DNA from: Candidatus Omnitrophota bacterium
GTDB taxonomy: Bacteria; Omnitrophota; Gorgyraeia; Zapsychrales; Zapsychraceae
Length of the DNA: 64,000 nt
NCBI GenBank assembly: GCA_023247445.1
Contig: JAHFGL010000003.1
Span: forward strand, 14,128 to 78,127
Direction of reading: 5' to 3'
Each line of letters opens with the position of its first letter. Position 1 is the stretch's first letter. Below the pieces are notes generated by a model, which did no database searches, was not told where the DNA came from, and saw nothing but the letters and a program-made list of their open reading frames with translations. Below are positions 18,485 through 27,678 of the stretch, piece by piece. Both the position numbers and the translations under genes were made by a program.

Positions 18485-19990
18485 TTATCCGCTGGTTTTA
18501 TCCATCCACAAAGCATAAATTACCCAGAAAACGACTGTCGGTAAGGCCGCGTATAAAATGCGGTGTAAGGTGACTTGTAGCCACCAATCGATGGGGAAGT
18601 ACGTATTGATGAAGTAGTAAAAAGTAATGACCGCCGTATAAGCGATAAAAAATAGAGGGAAAATAATTATACGGGGATTTAATAAATGCTTATTGGTGCC
18701 GATTAGAATGGCGATCAAAAGAAGCAAAATAACATTGTACCCGTGCGGTAAGCTCATCCATAAACCATTGAGCCCAGGTAAAATAATTGGCCCAAAACTA
18801 AAAAGAATGATACATAGCTTTAATATTATCCAGCGTTGATCGCTTAAGAGTAACCCCGCCACTAAAACCAACCATAAGCCATTCCAATTTGGACTGACAA
18901 TTTCTGCTAAATAAAACGATAAAATATATTCTAATCTAAATAAGCTGACAGGTTTTATTGTTGAAACAAGACCATTAATCATGGTGATGTTTTTTGGTGC
19001 ATAAAATCCATAGAAAATAATGGATGGAATAGAAGCGATGGCGCCGGCAATAAAAAATGTCTTTAAGATTTTCCATTTATCCTTTGCTGAATCTTTCCAG
19101 AAAATATAAGGCACGGCTAAGCATAGAATGATGAGAGCGGCAATCAAGGCTTCACCTTTTGTAAAGCTTAAGAAAGCTAAGAAAGTTCCGGCGAGTAAAG
19201 CGTAAATGGGATGGTGGGTTTCTTTTAATTCGATTAGGCAAAAGAAGCTGGCCAAAAGATAAAAGCTCACAACGATGTCGCAGTATTGACTCAAAGATAA
19301 TTTAATATAAAAAGGCATGCTTAAAATGACGAGCGCGGTAAGAAAAGAAAATATACTTTTTGTTTTGTGCCTGAGGGCGAAAGAAAGTAGTCCGATGGTT
19401 AAAAAGGTAAATAAGAAAGAAGTGAAAATGGATGCTTCGACATCAGGTTGGTTGATGAATGTCCAACCCCAGAGAATGGTGCAGGGCAGAAATAAGGGAT
19501 AGTGTGGGCTTGATCGCCATAAAATAGAAGTAAACATTCGCTTCCAATCATCACCGCTTAAAAATAGAAATTTTGCTTTGAGATTCCATACCGACCACGC
19601 ATCCCATCCTCCGTAGGCATAAAAATGGGCATGGATCCATAATGGTAAAGAGATGATAATTAAAAATAGAAATGGGTAGAGAGCTTTTTGGCTAAAAGTG
19701 TTTGGTGGGAAAATTGGTGATTTATCTTTGTTCCACTTTAGAATTTGGATAATGGTTAGCAAACAAAGAACGATTAAATTTCCACTAATGATAAACAGGC
19801 GATTAAATTGATTAAATAAAATAAAACTAGAGAAAACAATGCTTGAACTTATACCAATGCCTAATCCAGCGGCCAAGAAAAGATGAATTGAAGGTGGTAT
19901 CTTGTGTTCTTTAGACGAAAAAAGGTTGATCGCTAAATATCCAATCGTAAAGGAGATAAAAAATGGTAAGTAGACTAATAAGAGATTCAT
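18485..19990 (-). CDS. polytopic membrane protein; paralog of the N-terminal half of the 998-aa protein
   Basis: 501 aa; shared blocks LAAGLGIGISSSIVF/LALGLGLGFSSFITF and YGGWDAWSVWNLKAKFLF/YGEWDAWAMWNLKTKFLL. Confidence 0.5.
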   Translation of the reverse strand: MNLLLVYLPFFISFTIGYLAINLFSSKEHKIPPSIHLFLAAGLGIGISSSIVFSSFILFNQFNRLFIISGNLIVLCLLTIIQILKWNKDKSPIFPPNTFSQKALYPFLFLIIISLPLWIHAHFYAYGGWDAWSVWNLKAKFLFLSGDDWKRMFTSILWRSSPHYPLFLPCTILWGWTFINQPDVEASIFTSFLFTFLTIGLLSFALRHKTKSIFSFLTALVILSMPFYIKLSLSQYCDIVVSFYLLASFFCLIELKETHHPIYALLAGTFLAFLSFTKGEALIAALIILCLAVPYIFWKDSAKDKWKILKTFFIAGAIASIPSIIFYGFYAPKNITMINGLVSTIKPVSLFRLEYILSFYLAEIVSPNWNGLWLVLVAGLLLSDQRWIILKLCIILFSFGPIILPGLNGLWMSLPHGYNVILLLLIAILIGTNKHLLNPRIIIFPLFFIAYTAVITFYYFINTYFPIDWWLQVTLHRILYAALPTVVFWVIYALWMDKTSG

Positions 19991-20418
19991 GGCTTTCTTC
20001 GGATTAATATCATTCCAAATTTATTTACAAACAAAGGTTCAGCATTTAATTCTTTAATTTTTTCAAGGGCCTGAAGATCGTTTTTACAGACTAAAAGAAT
20101 GAATTCATGATTTGTATTGTTGTAGTCAAGCACCGTGGGCGCCAAAATAAATTGAGCCTGAGAAAATAGTTTGTTTGATTCATCATCATTGGTGTCGCTA
20201 TAATAGCCCAAGAGGTTAATCTTTTTGGTAATGTTTTCTAATCCTAGGAATTTGCCCCCGATGACTTGATGCTTTAGATATTTTTTAAATGTTTTAATGC
20301 GGTTGACCTCGGGGATAAAGACAATAACATTAAAAATAATAATGGCCAGGAAGGAGACGATAAGAATTCTCTGGGGCAAAGATTTTGGCCAATTTATTTT
20401 AAATGAGGGCAACGTCAT
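19987..20418 (-). CDS. small single-TM protein; paralog of 23408-23869
   Basis: 143 aa; shares SQAQFILAPTVLDY / LQAQYFLAPTILEL with the 153-aa protein; 4-nt overlap with the downstream gene. Confidence 0.45.
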   Translation of the reverse strand: MTLPSFKINWPKSLPQRILIVSFLAIIIFNVIVFIPEVNRIKTFKKYLKHQVIGGKFLGLENITKKINLLGYYSDTNDDESNKLFSQAQFILAPTVLDYNNTNHEFILLVCKNDLQALEKIKELNAEPLFVNKFGMILIRRKP

Positions 20419-23411
20419 GGATTTATTTGCGGATTTGGTTTGGTGGCTAGTAGGGTGTTCGCCACATCAAAATTCTTTAAAACTTTTAGATTATATTTTG
20501 CCAAAACAAAGAAATCTTGGAGCCAGTCTTTACTTTCAGGTAAATGGCTCTTCGGGGTTGTTAGATAATAATAATCAAATATTCCATTGGGTCCTTGGCG
20601 GTTAACCTGTTTTAGCCATGTCAGATGATATTTTTCGCGGTAGAAATTAATACTTGGTTCAAAAAGCCAGTTGATCCCAAGGCTCACAGAATTTTCATTT
20701 AAGTTCTTCGTTTTGGGCGCATCTTGCATAATAAATTTTACGGCGTCTTTGGTTGACGCATCGAACTGCCATTCATAAAAGTATTTGATGTTAGCACACC
20801 CAAGAAAGTGGACGAAATAAATTGTTGTTAAAGCATAGAAAAAAGTTTGGGCGGATAATCTAAGGGCTTTCTGAGGAATCGATTGGGCTACTCCTATCAA
20901 GATGACCACAACCATCATAAAAAGAAAAACAAAATAAAGGGCTGTTCTTCCCATAACAAACTTTGTCCCTAAAATTTTCCATTGAAGGAAGATTAAGGAT
21001 GCGCAAAGAAATAGGATTGTTAGGATTCCCATTAAGAATTTATCAGTTGATGAGAACGGTTTTTTCATTATCAGTAGTTGCGCTAGATGGGCTACGCTAA
21101 GAGTTAAAATAGATATGATCAGAAATTTAATGATTAAAATAATATTTAGTCCATCGATAGCTTTTGCGTAAAGGGTGCTATCAATTAAACTTGTTACAGT
21201 GTCCGTCCAGAATCCTTTGTCCCCGCCATAATAAAGTTCATGATAAGTTAATAATTTTTGTAGCGGGACAATGTAAAGAGCCCCCACCACAATTGAACTT
21301 AAGATAATAGAAGGAAAGAGGTTTTTTAGTAGACGTTTAAATATTTCTTTTTCGCGAAATGATTGCAAAAGTTCAAAGCCAAATAGAAACATGATGATAG
21401 CTAGATGAATATGGAGAAAGGCGAGGTTAGATAAAGTAGCCAGAACTAATAACCAAGAGCAAAGGATTAAATTTTTTCTGTAAAGAAGAATGTCATTTGT
21501 CATCAGGATTTTAAAAAAATAATATAAACCCAAAGCCAGAAATCCTAGGCCCAACGCATACCCTCGGGCGCAGGAAAATAAATCTAGCATATAAGGATTG
21601 CACGTCAGCAAAAGAAGTCCTGCGATAAGACTTGGTCCACGTAGAACGATCGAACAAATTTTATAAGCAGCAAACAGAAAAAGCGCATGACCGATCAAAG
21701 CCGGAATTCTTATCGCAAATTCTGACAATCCAAAACAATTGACTGAAATTTTAATAAGTAAACTATTGAGCAGATGGTTGTTTGATGGGTGCGGCTGACT
21801 AAAGGTTAATATTTGAAGAAATGAGGCCGAGGCATGACGCAGATATGTTAACGCTTCATCATGGGTGATCGATATGTTGTAAGCACGGATGAGCGTATAA
21901 ATAAATAATCCCGCCATGATGAGAAAGCAGATCCAGTGAGTAATTCTATTTCTGTCATCCTGAGCGTAGCGAAGGATCTCAGGATTCTTACGTGGCTTGA
22001 GATTTTTTGCCTCGCTCTTGGCAGGCTCAGAATGTTGGGGTGATAACTTTGTTGTTTGGTCTGACCAATAACAAAAAAATGATAGAAAGAGAATGGAGGG
22101 CAAAAGCTGCAGGTAAAGGCGCTCCAGTGACATTGACAGCCACCAATGGATATCGATATTGGTGTTGACCAGATAGATAAAGATTAGGATCGCGATGTAA
22201 GTAATGATGGAGAAGCTAATAATTTTATTTTCTTTATAAAATAATTTTGGAAATTTTAGGATGCCCAACAAAATAACCAATAACCAAATAAAGCTCCATC
22301 GTTTATCAATGATCTCGTTGAATACTGTTTTTTGAATGAGCAGAAATTTTTGGGCCTGTGTAATGTTTAGCTGAACTGCTTTTAAGCTGGGAAGAATATC
22401 TTCGTTGGGCGGCGCCAGGAATACTTTGAAGATGATCGTTGGCAATGCGGCAACGATTAATCCTATCAACATAAAGCGAATCAGGCTCCAACTTGTTTTC
22501 TTGCTTATCGTTTTATCAAATATTAGATAAAGTGTCGTGACGCTTGCCAAGATCCCCGTCATTACCATGCCTTCATTCTTGATGAAGGACAAAAATCCCA
22601 GGAATAGTCCATAAAGAATAGCCACGCGGTGATCTTTTAAATGCATCATGATGATCATTGTGACAAATGCGGCCAAAAGATAATACGCTAAGACAATATC
22701 GGCATATTGGGCCGTCGACCAAAAAATGAAATAAGGATGAGATAAAAGTAATAAGGAGGCAAAAATTCCAGCGGGCTTTAAATTAAGATGCTTTAAGGCC
22801 GCATAGACTAAAAGACAGGCGCTGACCGTAAATAAAAAAGACGTTATAAGCGGAATTGGAAAAAGATTGTTGGCGAAAAAGGAATAAATCCAAACATTAA
22901 CAAATGGTAAGAAAAGTGGGTAGTCGGGATGAGTATGCCAGTTTAGGCCTGATAAAATATCTTGCCAGGGCGTTTGGCTAAAGAGGAGAAACTTGGTTTT
23001 TAAATTCCACATCGCCCAGGCGTCCCATTCGCCGTAGGGATGTTTTTGGATAAGGAATAAGATTATTCCAGACAAGATAAGCCAGCAACAAGCAATTAGA
23101 ATATCTAATGGTTTAAGATTTTTTATCGATTTTTTAAATTGGTCAACGAGTGATGAGGAGCGCAACGACGAGAAATTAAGATAGATTAATAGAATTAAGA
23201 AAAGAAGATTGGCCGTAACAATGGCCAACGCATTAAATTGACGCAGGAATAAGAAAGAAAAGAATGTAATAAATGAGGAGAATCCTAATCCAAGGCCAAG
23301 GGCGAGTAAGAGATGAAGGCTTAATGAAATTGGTTTTGTATTTTTTAATAAAAAAGAAATGGCGAGGAATCCAAGGCAAAAAGAAATAAGGTAGGGGAAA
23401 AAATGGATCAT
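20415..23411 (-). CDS. large polytopic membrane protein: N-terminal module like 18485-19990, an RPE/MITE-encoded linker, and a C-terminal GT-C (PMT/ArnT-like) glycosyltransferase module
   Basis: 998 aa; C-half has ISITHDEALTYLRHA and NNHLLNSLL first-loop motifs typical of GT39/GT83; linker ...HSEPAKSEAKNLKPRKNPEILRYAQDD is encoded by the repeat at 21954-22035. Confidence 0.55.
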   Translation of the reverse strand: MIHFFPYLISFCLGFLAISFLLKNTKPISLSLHLLLALGLGLGFSSFITFFSFLFLRQFNALAIVTANLLFLILLIYLNFSSLRSSSLVDQFKKSIKNLKPLDILIACCWLILSGIILFLIQKHPYGEWDAWAMWNLKTKFLLFSQTPWQDILSGLNWHTHPDYPLFLPFVNVWIYSFFANNLFPIPLITSFLFTVSACLLVYAALKHLNLKPAGIFASLLLLSHPYFIFWSTAQYADIVLAYYLLAAFVTMIIMMHLKDHRVAILYGLFLGFLSFIKNEGMVMTGILASVTTLYLIFDKTISKKTSWSLIRFMLIGLIVAALPTIIFKVFLAPPNEDILPSLKAVQLNITQAQKFLLIQKTVFNEIIDKRWSFIWLLVILLGILKFPKLFYKENKIISFSIITYIAILIFIYLVNTNIDIHWWLSMSLERLYLQLLPSILFLSFFCYWSDQTTKLSPQHSEPAKSEAKNLKPRKNPEILRYAQDDRNRITHWICFLIMAGLFIYTLIRAYNISITHDEALTYLRHASASFLQILTFSQPHPSNNHLLNSLLIKISVNCFGLSEFAIRIPALIGHALFLFAAYKICSIVLRGPSLIAGLLLLTCNPYMLDLFSCARGYALGLGFLALGLYYFFKILMTNDILLYRKNLILCSWLLVLATLSNLAFLHIHLAIIMFLFGFELLQSFREKEIFKRLLKNLFPSIILSSIVVGALYIVPLQKLLTYHELYYGGDKGFWTDTVTSLIDSTLYAKAIDGLNIILIIKFLIISILTLSVAHLAQLLIMKKPFSSTDKFLMGILTILFLCASLIFLQWKILGTKFVMGRTALYFVFLFMMVVVILIGVAQSIPQKALRLSAQTFFYALTTIYFVHFLGCANIKYFYEWQFDASTKDAVKFIMQDAPKTKNLNENSVSLGINWLFEPSINFYREKYHLTWLKQVNRQGPNGIFDYYYLTTPKSHLPESKDWLQDFFVLAKYNLKVLKNFDVANTLLATKPNPQINP
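21954..22035 (-). mobile_element. MITE-like element, copy 2 (short, degenerate), translated in-frame within the 998-aa ORF
   Basis: gtcatcctgagcgtagcgaaggatctcagg...gcaggctcagaatg; minus-strand translation RYAQDD from the TIR. Confidence 0.55.
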
Positions 23412-23869
23412 CGTTTTCTTTGCGTCAAGGCCTGTCCGTAGTCATTGTGGGCCACTGGACGGGCATTAATTTTTCTTAACACCATTGGAAGAATTGTATA
23501 ATCAGGAAAGTCGACAATGTTAAATACTGGATTGGGTCGATTGAGTTCTAAGATCGTTGGCGCCAAGAAATACTGTGCTTGTAAGAAAATCCCATCGTTT
23601 TTTTCTCGCGACATATCTTTGCTGGTTAAATAGCCAACACGTTCTATCCCAGCGAGTTTAGGTTTGAAGGTGAGAAATTGATACCCTGGCTCGTAATAAG
23701 TGCTATAACCACTGGCAACATGGGCCATGACACTAATATAAAGAGAAATAATATTATGGATAAGAAGTCCGCAGGTTAATGCCAAAATGAGGGTGTTTAC
23801 GTGAAACCATTTTTTGGGGAACATAGGCGAAGCTATTTTATTACTGGACCTTTGAGAAAACAAGCTCAA
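23408..23869 (-). CDS. small single-TM protein; paralog of 19987-20418
   Basis: 153 aa; overlaps the start of the 998-aa gene by 4 nt. Confidence 0.45.
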   Translation of the reverse strand: MSLFSQRSSNKIASPMFPKKWFHVNTLILALTCGLLIHNIISLYISVMAHVASGYSTYYEPGYQFLTFKPKLAGIERVGYLTSKDMSREKNDGIFLQAQYFLAPTILELNRPNPVFNIVDFPDYTILPMVLRKINARPVAHNDYGQALTQRKR

Positions 23870-23997
23870 AATTACCCGCCGCGCATCTAATTTGAAGAGA
23901 AGTAAAACTAAAAATTAGGGCTTTCTTAAATTTATCTTAGTCAGTATAATATAGCCCGTTTAGAGACATTATTTTGTTTAGACAACAGCATTAAAAT

Positions 23998-24122
23998 AAA
24001 TTCCAATAAACAAGTACCAAATACCAAACAATCCACAAATACCAATGACCAAAAGTCATATTTAGCTTTGTAGTTTGTTAATTGGAATTTGTTTGGTATT
24101 TGAGATTTGGGATTTTGAATTT
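23998..24122 (+). promoter_or_regulatory. long imperfect hairpin element, copy B, immediately upstream of the RBS of the Gfo/Idh/MocA gene
   Basis: aaattccaataaacaagtaccaaataccaaacaatccacaaataccaa ... ttggaatttgtttggtatttgagatttgggattttgaattt, then aaaaagaggag. Confidence 0.4.
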
Positions 24123-24139
24123 AAAAAGAGGAGAAGAAG

Positions 24140-25156
24140 TTGGTTCATGTCGGGATTATCGGTTGTGGTCATTGGGGGCCCAACCACGTTCGTATTTTTT
24201 CACAGCTCTTAAATTCTAAGGCCTTGATGTGCGCTGATTTTGATGAAGGCCGGCTTAAAACGATAAAAAGTTTATTTCCTCAGATTGAGACAACCACAGA
24301 TTATAAGAAGATTTTAGCGAATAAAGAGATCCATGCGGTCTGCATCGCGACTCCAACCAATACACATTATTCGATAGCCAAAGAAGCCTTGGAACATGAC
24401 AAACATGTCTTGTGTGAAAAGCCTCTTGCGTTAACTTCCTCCGAATGTGAAGAGCTCAAAAATCTGGCCCGTGACAAAAATCGGCTGCTTATGGTTGGAC
24501 ATGTTTTTCTTTTTAATAAAGGAATTTTGTGGCTTAAGGAATATATTCAGTCAGGGGAGTTGGGGCATATTCATTATGCGTATGCTACAAGAACTAATCT
24601 GGGGCCGTTTCGTTATGATGTTAATGCGCTTTGGGATTTGGCGCCGCATGATATTTCAATCTTTAATTTTTTGTTTAATAGTGCGCCGGTAAATGTCTCG
24701 GCCCGCGGACAAAAATGTTTGGGGAATTCGCAGGAAGATTTGGCCTTTGCCACGTTAGAGTATCCGGGGAATTGTATGGCGAACGTCCATGTCAGCTGGC
24801 TTGATCCTAAAAAGGTTCGACAGATTACAATCGTTGGTGATAAGAAAATGGTGGTTTGGGATGATTTGGATAATCTCGGGCCCATTCAGCTTTATGATAA
24901 ACATGTCGAGAAAACGTCAACCTTCTATGCCACGTATGGTGAATTTCAGTTATTGTCTAAAGAAGGAAATATTACGATTCCCAAAATAGGATTTAATGAG
25001 CCCCTTAAAGCGCAGGCTGAATATTTTATTAATTGTATTGAGCAAAATAAAAATCCTGATGTCTGTGACGCGCAAAAAGGATTGGACGTCACAAAAACTT
25101 TGTGTGCGATTCAGCAATCTATGGATCGTAAAGGTGAATGCGTGGTGGTTAAGTGA
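24140..25156 (+). CDS. Gfo/Idh/MocA family NAD-dependent oxidoreductase (WbpB-like UDP-sugar 3-dehydrogenase candidate)
   Basis: VGIIGCGHWGPNHVR Rossmann motif and EKPLALTSSECEEL block; TTG start after aggag. Confidence 0.75.
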   Translation: MVHVGIIGCGHWGPNHVRIFSQLLNSKALMCADFDEGRLKTIKSLFPQIETTTDYKKILANKEIHAVCIATPTNTHYSIAKEALEHDKHVLCEKPLALTSSECEELKNLARDKNRLLMVGHVFLFNKGILWLKEYIQSGELGHIHYAYATRTNLGPFRYDVNALWDLAPHDISIFNFLFNSAPVNVSARGQKCLGNSQEDLAFATLEYPGNCMANVHVSWLDPKKVRQITIVGDKKMVVWDDLDNLGPIQLYDKHVEKTSTFYATYGEFQLLSKEGNITIPKIGFNEPLKAQAEYFINCIEQNKNPDVCDAQKGLDVTKTLCAIQQSMDRKGECVVVK

Positions 25157-25710
25157 GTTATTTTAAACATGAAAAAGCGATGGTCCATCCTGACGCCAAA
25201 ATTGGGGAAGGAACGCGTTGTTGGGCCAACACCAATGTTCAAGCAGGCGCTGTCATTGGTCAAGGATGTAATATCTGCGATGGCAGCTTTGTTGAAAAGG
25301 GGGCGGTCGTTGGCCATCATGTGACGATCAAACACCATGTCTCTATTTTTGATGGGGTGACTATTGAAGATGATGTTTTTATTGGATCCAATATTGCTTT
25401 TATCAATGATCGTTATCCGCGCAGCAATCGTAAAGATGCATGGACGCTTGAGAAGACGTTGGTTAAAAAGGGAGCAACCATTGGAACAAATGCCGTTATC
25501 TTATGTGGCTTAACGATTGGTCAATATGCGCTTGTGGCCGCAGGAGCGGTTGTTGTTAAGAATGTTTTAGATCACGAGGTTGTGGCTGGAAATCCTGCAC
25601 GAGCGAAAGGTTATGCCTGCCACTGCGGACGTCCGCTTGATGCCAAATATAAATGTGCGAAATGTAAACGGCAATATCGTAAGAAAAAATTTGGATTGGA
25701 AGAAAAATAA
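25153..25710 (+). CDS. hexapeptide-repeat (left-handed beta-helix) acetyltransferase, WbpD/PglD-like, with a C-terminal Cys-rich tail
   Basis: repeated [LIV]G.....G hexads (IGSNIAFINDRY, IGTNAVILCGLTIGQYALVAAGAVV); tail CHCGRPLDAKYKCAKCKRQY; 4-nt overlap with the upstream gene. Confidence 0.7.
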   Translation: MSYFKHEKAMVHPDAKIGEGTRCWANTNVQAGAVIGQGCNICDGSFVEKGAVVGHHVTIKHHVSIFDGVTIEDDVFIGSNIAFINDRYPRSNRKDAWTLEKTLVKKGATIGTNAVILCGLTIGQYALVAAGAVVVKNVLDHEVVAGNPARAKGYACHCGRPLDAKYKCAKCKRQYRKKKFGLEEK

Positions 25711-25717
25711 ATTTATT

Positions 25718-25890
25718 GTCATTCTTCGTTCCGCAAAGCGGAACGAAGAATCTCAGGACACTTAAAACTTATGGGATCCTTCGCATCAACTTTCCTTTAA
25801 TATTTTAGAGGAAGTTGGTACGTACTGACTTCATCTAAATATAAATTATGGAAAAGTCAGTACGCTACGCTCCATTAGACGAGAGCGTCG
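25718..25890 (-). mobile_element. MITE-like element, copy 3 (opposite orientation to copy 1)
   Basis: gtcattcttcgttccgcaaagcggaacgaagaatctcagg...gggatccttcgc...ggtacgtactgacttcatctaaatataaattatggaaaagtcagtacgctacgctc. Confidence 0.7.
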
Positions 25891-25903
25891 AATAAAATAT
25901 AAA

Positions 25904-26635
25904 ATGTCGAAAATTCTGGTCTGTCCGGTTGCCTTTAATGAACATGTGAAGTTAAAGAATGCGATTGAACGCTTTTTGAAATCTGCTGCTTATGGCAAAG
26001 TCGATTATTTAATCGTTGATGACGGTTCAACTGACGGCACAACCGAAATGATTGTAAGTTACGCCTCTTCGGGAGTTAAGACGATTAAGCATGGGCAGCG
26101 AAGCGGCGTTGGCGTTGCGATTCGCACGGCAATCAACCATGCTAAAGTTCGTGGTTATGAAATTTTAGTGATCATGGCGGGCAATGATAAAGATAATCCC
26201 GAAGAGATTCCACGGTTGATTGATCCGATTGTTAAAGAAGGTTATGATTTTGTGCAAGGTTCACGTTATAAGGGCGCCAATGGCATCGGCGGTGATATGC
26301 CGTTTTATCGAAAGGTAGCAACGAAGCTTCATCCACTTCTTATGTCGATTATTACGGGCCAGAAGATAACAGACTCGACTAATGGTTTTCGAGCTTTTCG
26401 ACTTTCGATTTTTGATAATAAAGATATTAATATTGATCAACCGTGGCTGGACAAATATGAACTTGAGCCGTATTTGCTTTTTAAAGCAATTAAGTTGGGA
26501 TATAAATTTCAAGAAGCGGCTGTTACAAAGATTTATCCATCTAAGAAGCTTGGTTACACCAAGATGCAACCGTTTATCGGCTGGTGGAGCATTTTAAGAC
26601 CAGTAATTTTTTTAGGTTTAGGAATCAAAAAATAA
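25904..26635 (+). CDS. GT2 family glycosyltransferase, polyprenyl-phosphate sugar synthase-like (DPM1/CsbB/ArnC-like)
   Basis: DYLIVDDGSTDGT nucleotide-sugar-binding motif; 243 aa with a C-terminal hydrophobic tail. Confidence 0.75.
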   Translation: MSKILVCPVAFNEHVKLKNAIERFLKSAAYGKVDYLIVDDGSTDGTTEMIVSYASSGVKTIKHGQRSGVGVAIRTAINHAKVRGYEILVIMAGNDKDNPEEIPRLIDPIVKEGYDFVQGSRYKGANGIGGDMPFYRKVATKLHPLLMSIITGQKITDSTNGFRAFRLSIFDNKDINIDQPWLDKYELEPYLLFKAIKLGYKFQEAAVTKIYPSKKLGYTKMQPFIGWWSILRPVIFLGLGIKK

Positions 26636-26666
26636 TTTACATCAACATATAACAAAGGATACCCAC

Positions 26667-26942
26667 ATGAAACAAAAACATCTTCTAATAGTATTAACGG
26701 TGTTGTTGGTTGGTTGTGCTTATAAAGGACAGCAGGCGCTTGAAACCTATATTGATGAACCCGAAACAATTTTGCGTGATCCTCATTTTACTAATTATCA
26801 AGAAGCCAGTGATCATTTAGAAAGCGAATATTTAAAGAAGACGATCACCTATGCCGAGTATGTAGAAAAGAAAAAAGAGCTGGATGATAAGTACGCGAAA
26901 GAAGTCCATGAGCGTGATTCAATCGTCGCTCCGGGGCAATAA
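26667..26942 (+). CDS. small lipoprotein, unknown function
   Basis: signal peptide plus lipobox LLVGCAYKG. Confidence 0.4.
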   Translation: MKQKHLLIVLTVLLVGCAYKGQQALETYIDEPETILRDPHFTNYQEASDHLESEYLKKTITYAEYVEKKKELDDKYAKEVHERDSIVAPGQ

Positions 26943-26943
26943 T

Positions 26944-27678
26944 ATGCGCCTTTATGGTAAAAATCCTGTTATTGAACGCTTACGTTCGAATCCCACCACG
27001 ATAAAGAAAATATTTATTGAAGATAATTTCTCAGAGGCTTCGTATATCCATCAGAAGGCGAAGAAATGGGGGATCTCTGTTTTTATTATCACGCGAGCTA
27101 GAATGATTAAGATCGCGCGCAATATTAATACTCAGGGGATTTTAGTTGAGGTCGATGATTTTGTTTACACGCCTTACGATGAACTTCTTGAAGATGCGCG
27201 AGATAAACATAAGTGTATTTTGTTTTTAGATGAATTAAATGATCCGCAGAATTTGGGCGGCATTATCCGTAGTGTTGCTTGTTTGGGAAAGTTTTCGATT
27301 GTCCTGCCCACCCATGATTCGGTCAGCGTCACTGATGCTGTTTTACGTGTTGCCTCCGGTGGTGATAATTATGTCAAGATTGCCAGGGTTTCTAATTTAA
27401 CGAATGCGATTAAATCCGCCAAAGATTCAGATTTTGAGATTGCCGGTGCTGTCGTTGAGGGTGGAGAATCGTTAATTGATGTTACGTTTCCATATCCATT
27501 AGGACTGGTGGTTGGCTCGGAACAAAAGGGAATTCGTGAGGTGATTCGTAAACATTTAGATTTACAGGTAACCATCCCAATGGCGGCTGCTTCTGGGCTG
27601 TCTTATAACGTGACCCACGCCACAACCATGTTTTGCTATGAAATCACACGACAAAAAAAGCTCAGAGAAAAAAAGTAA
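26944..27678 (+). CDS. TrmH/SpoU family RNA 2'-O-methyltransferase (RlmB-like)
   Basis: MRLYGKNPVIERL N-terminus; LGGIIRS and VVGSEQKGI SPOUT motifs; ATG at 26944 directly after the upstream stop. Confidence 0.7.
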   Translation: MRLYGKNPVIERLRSNPTTIKKIFIEDNFSEASYIHQKAKKWGISVFIITRARMIKIARNINTQGILVEVDDFVYTPYDELLEDARDKHKCILFLDELNDPQNLGGIIRSVACLGKFSIVLPTHDSVSVTDAVLRVASGGDNYVKIARVSNLTNAIKSAKDSDFEIAGAVVEGGESLIDVTFPYPLGLVVGSEQKGIREVIRKHLDLQVTIPMAAASGLSYNVTHATTMFCYEITRQKKLREKK

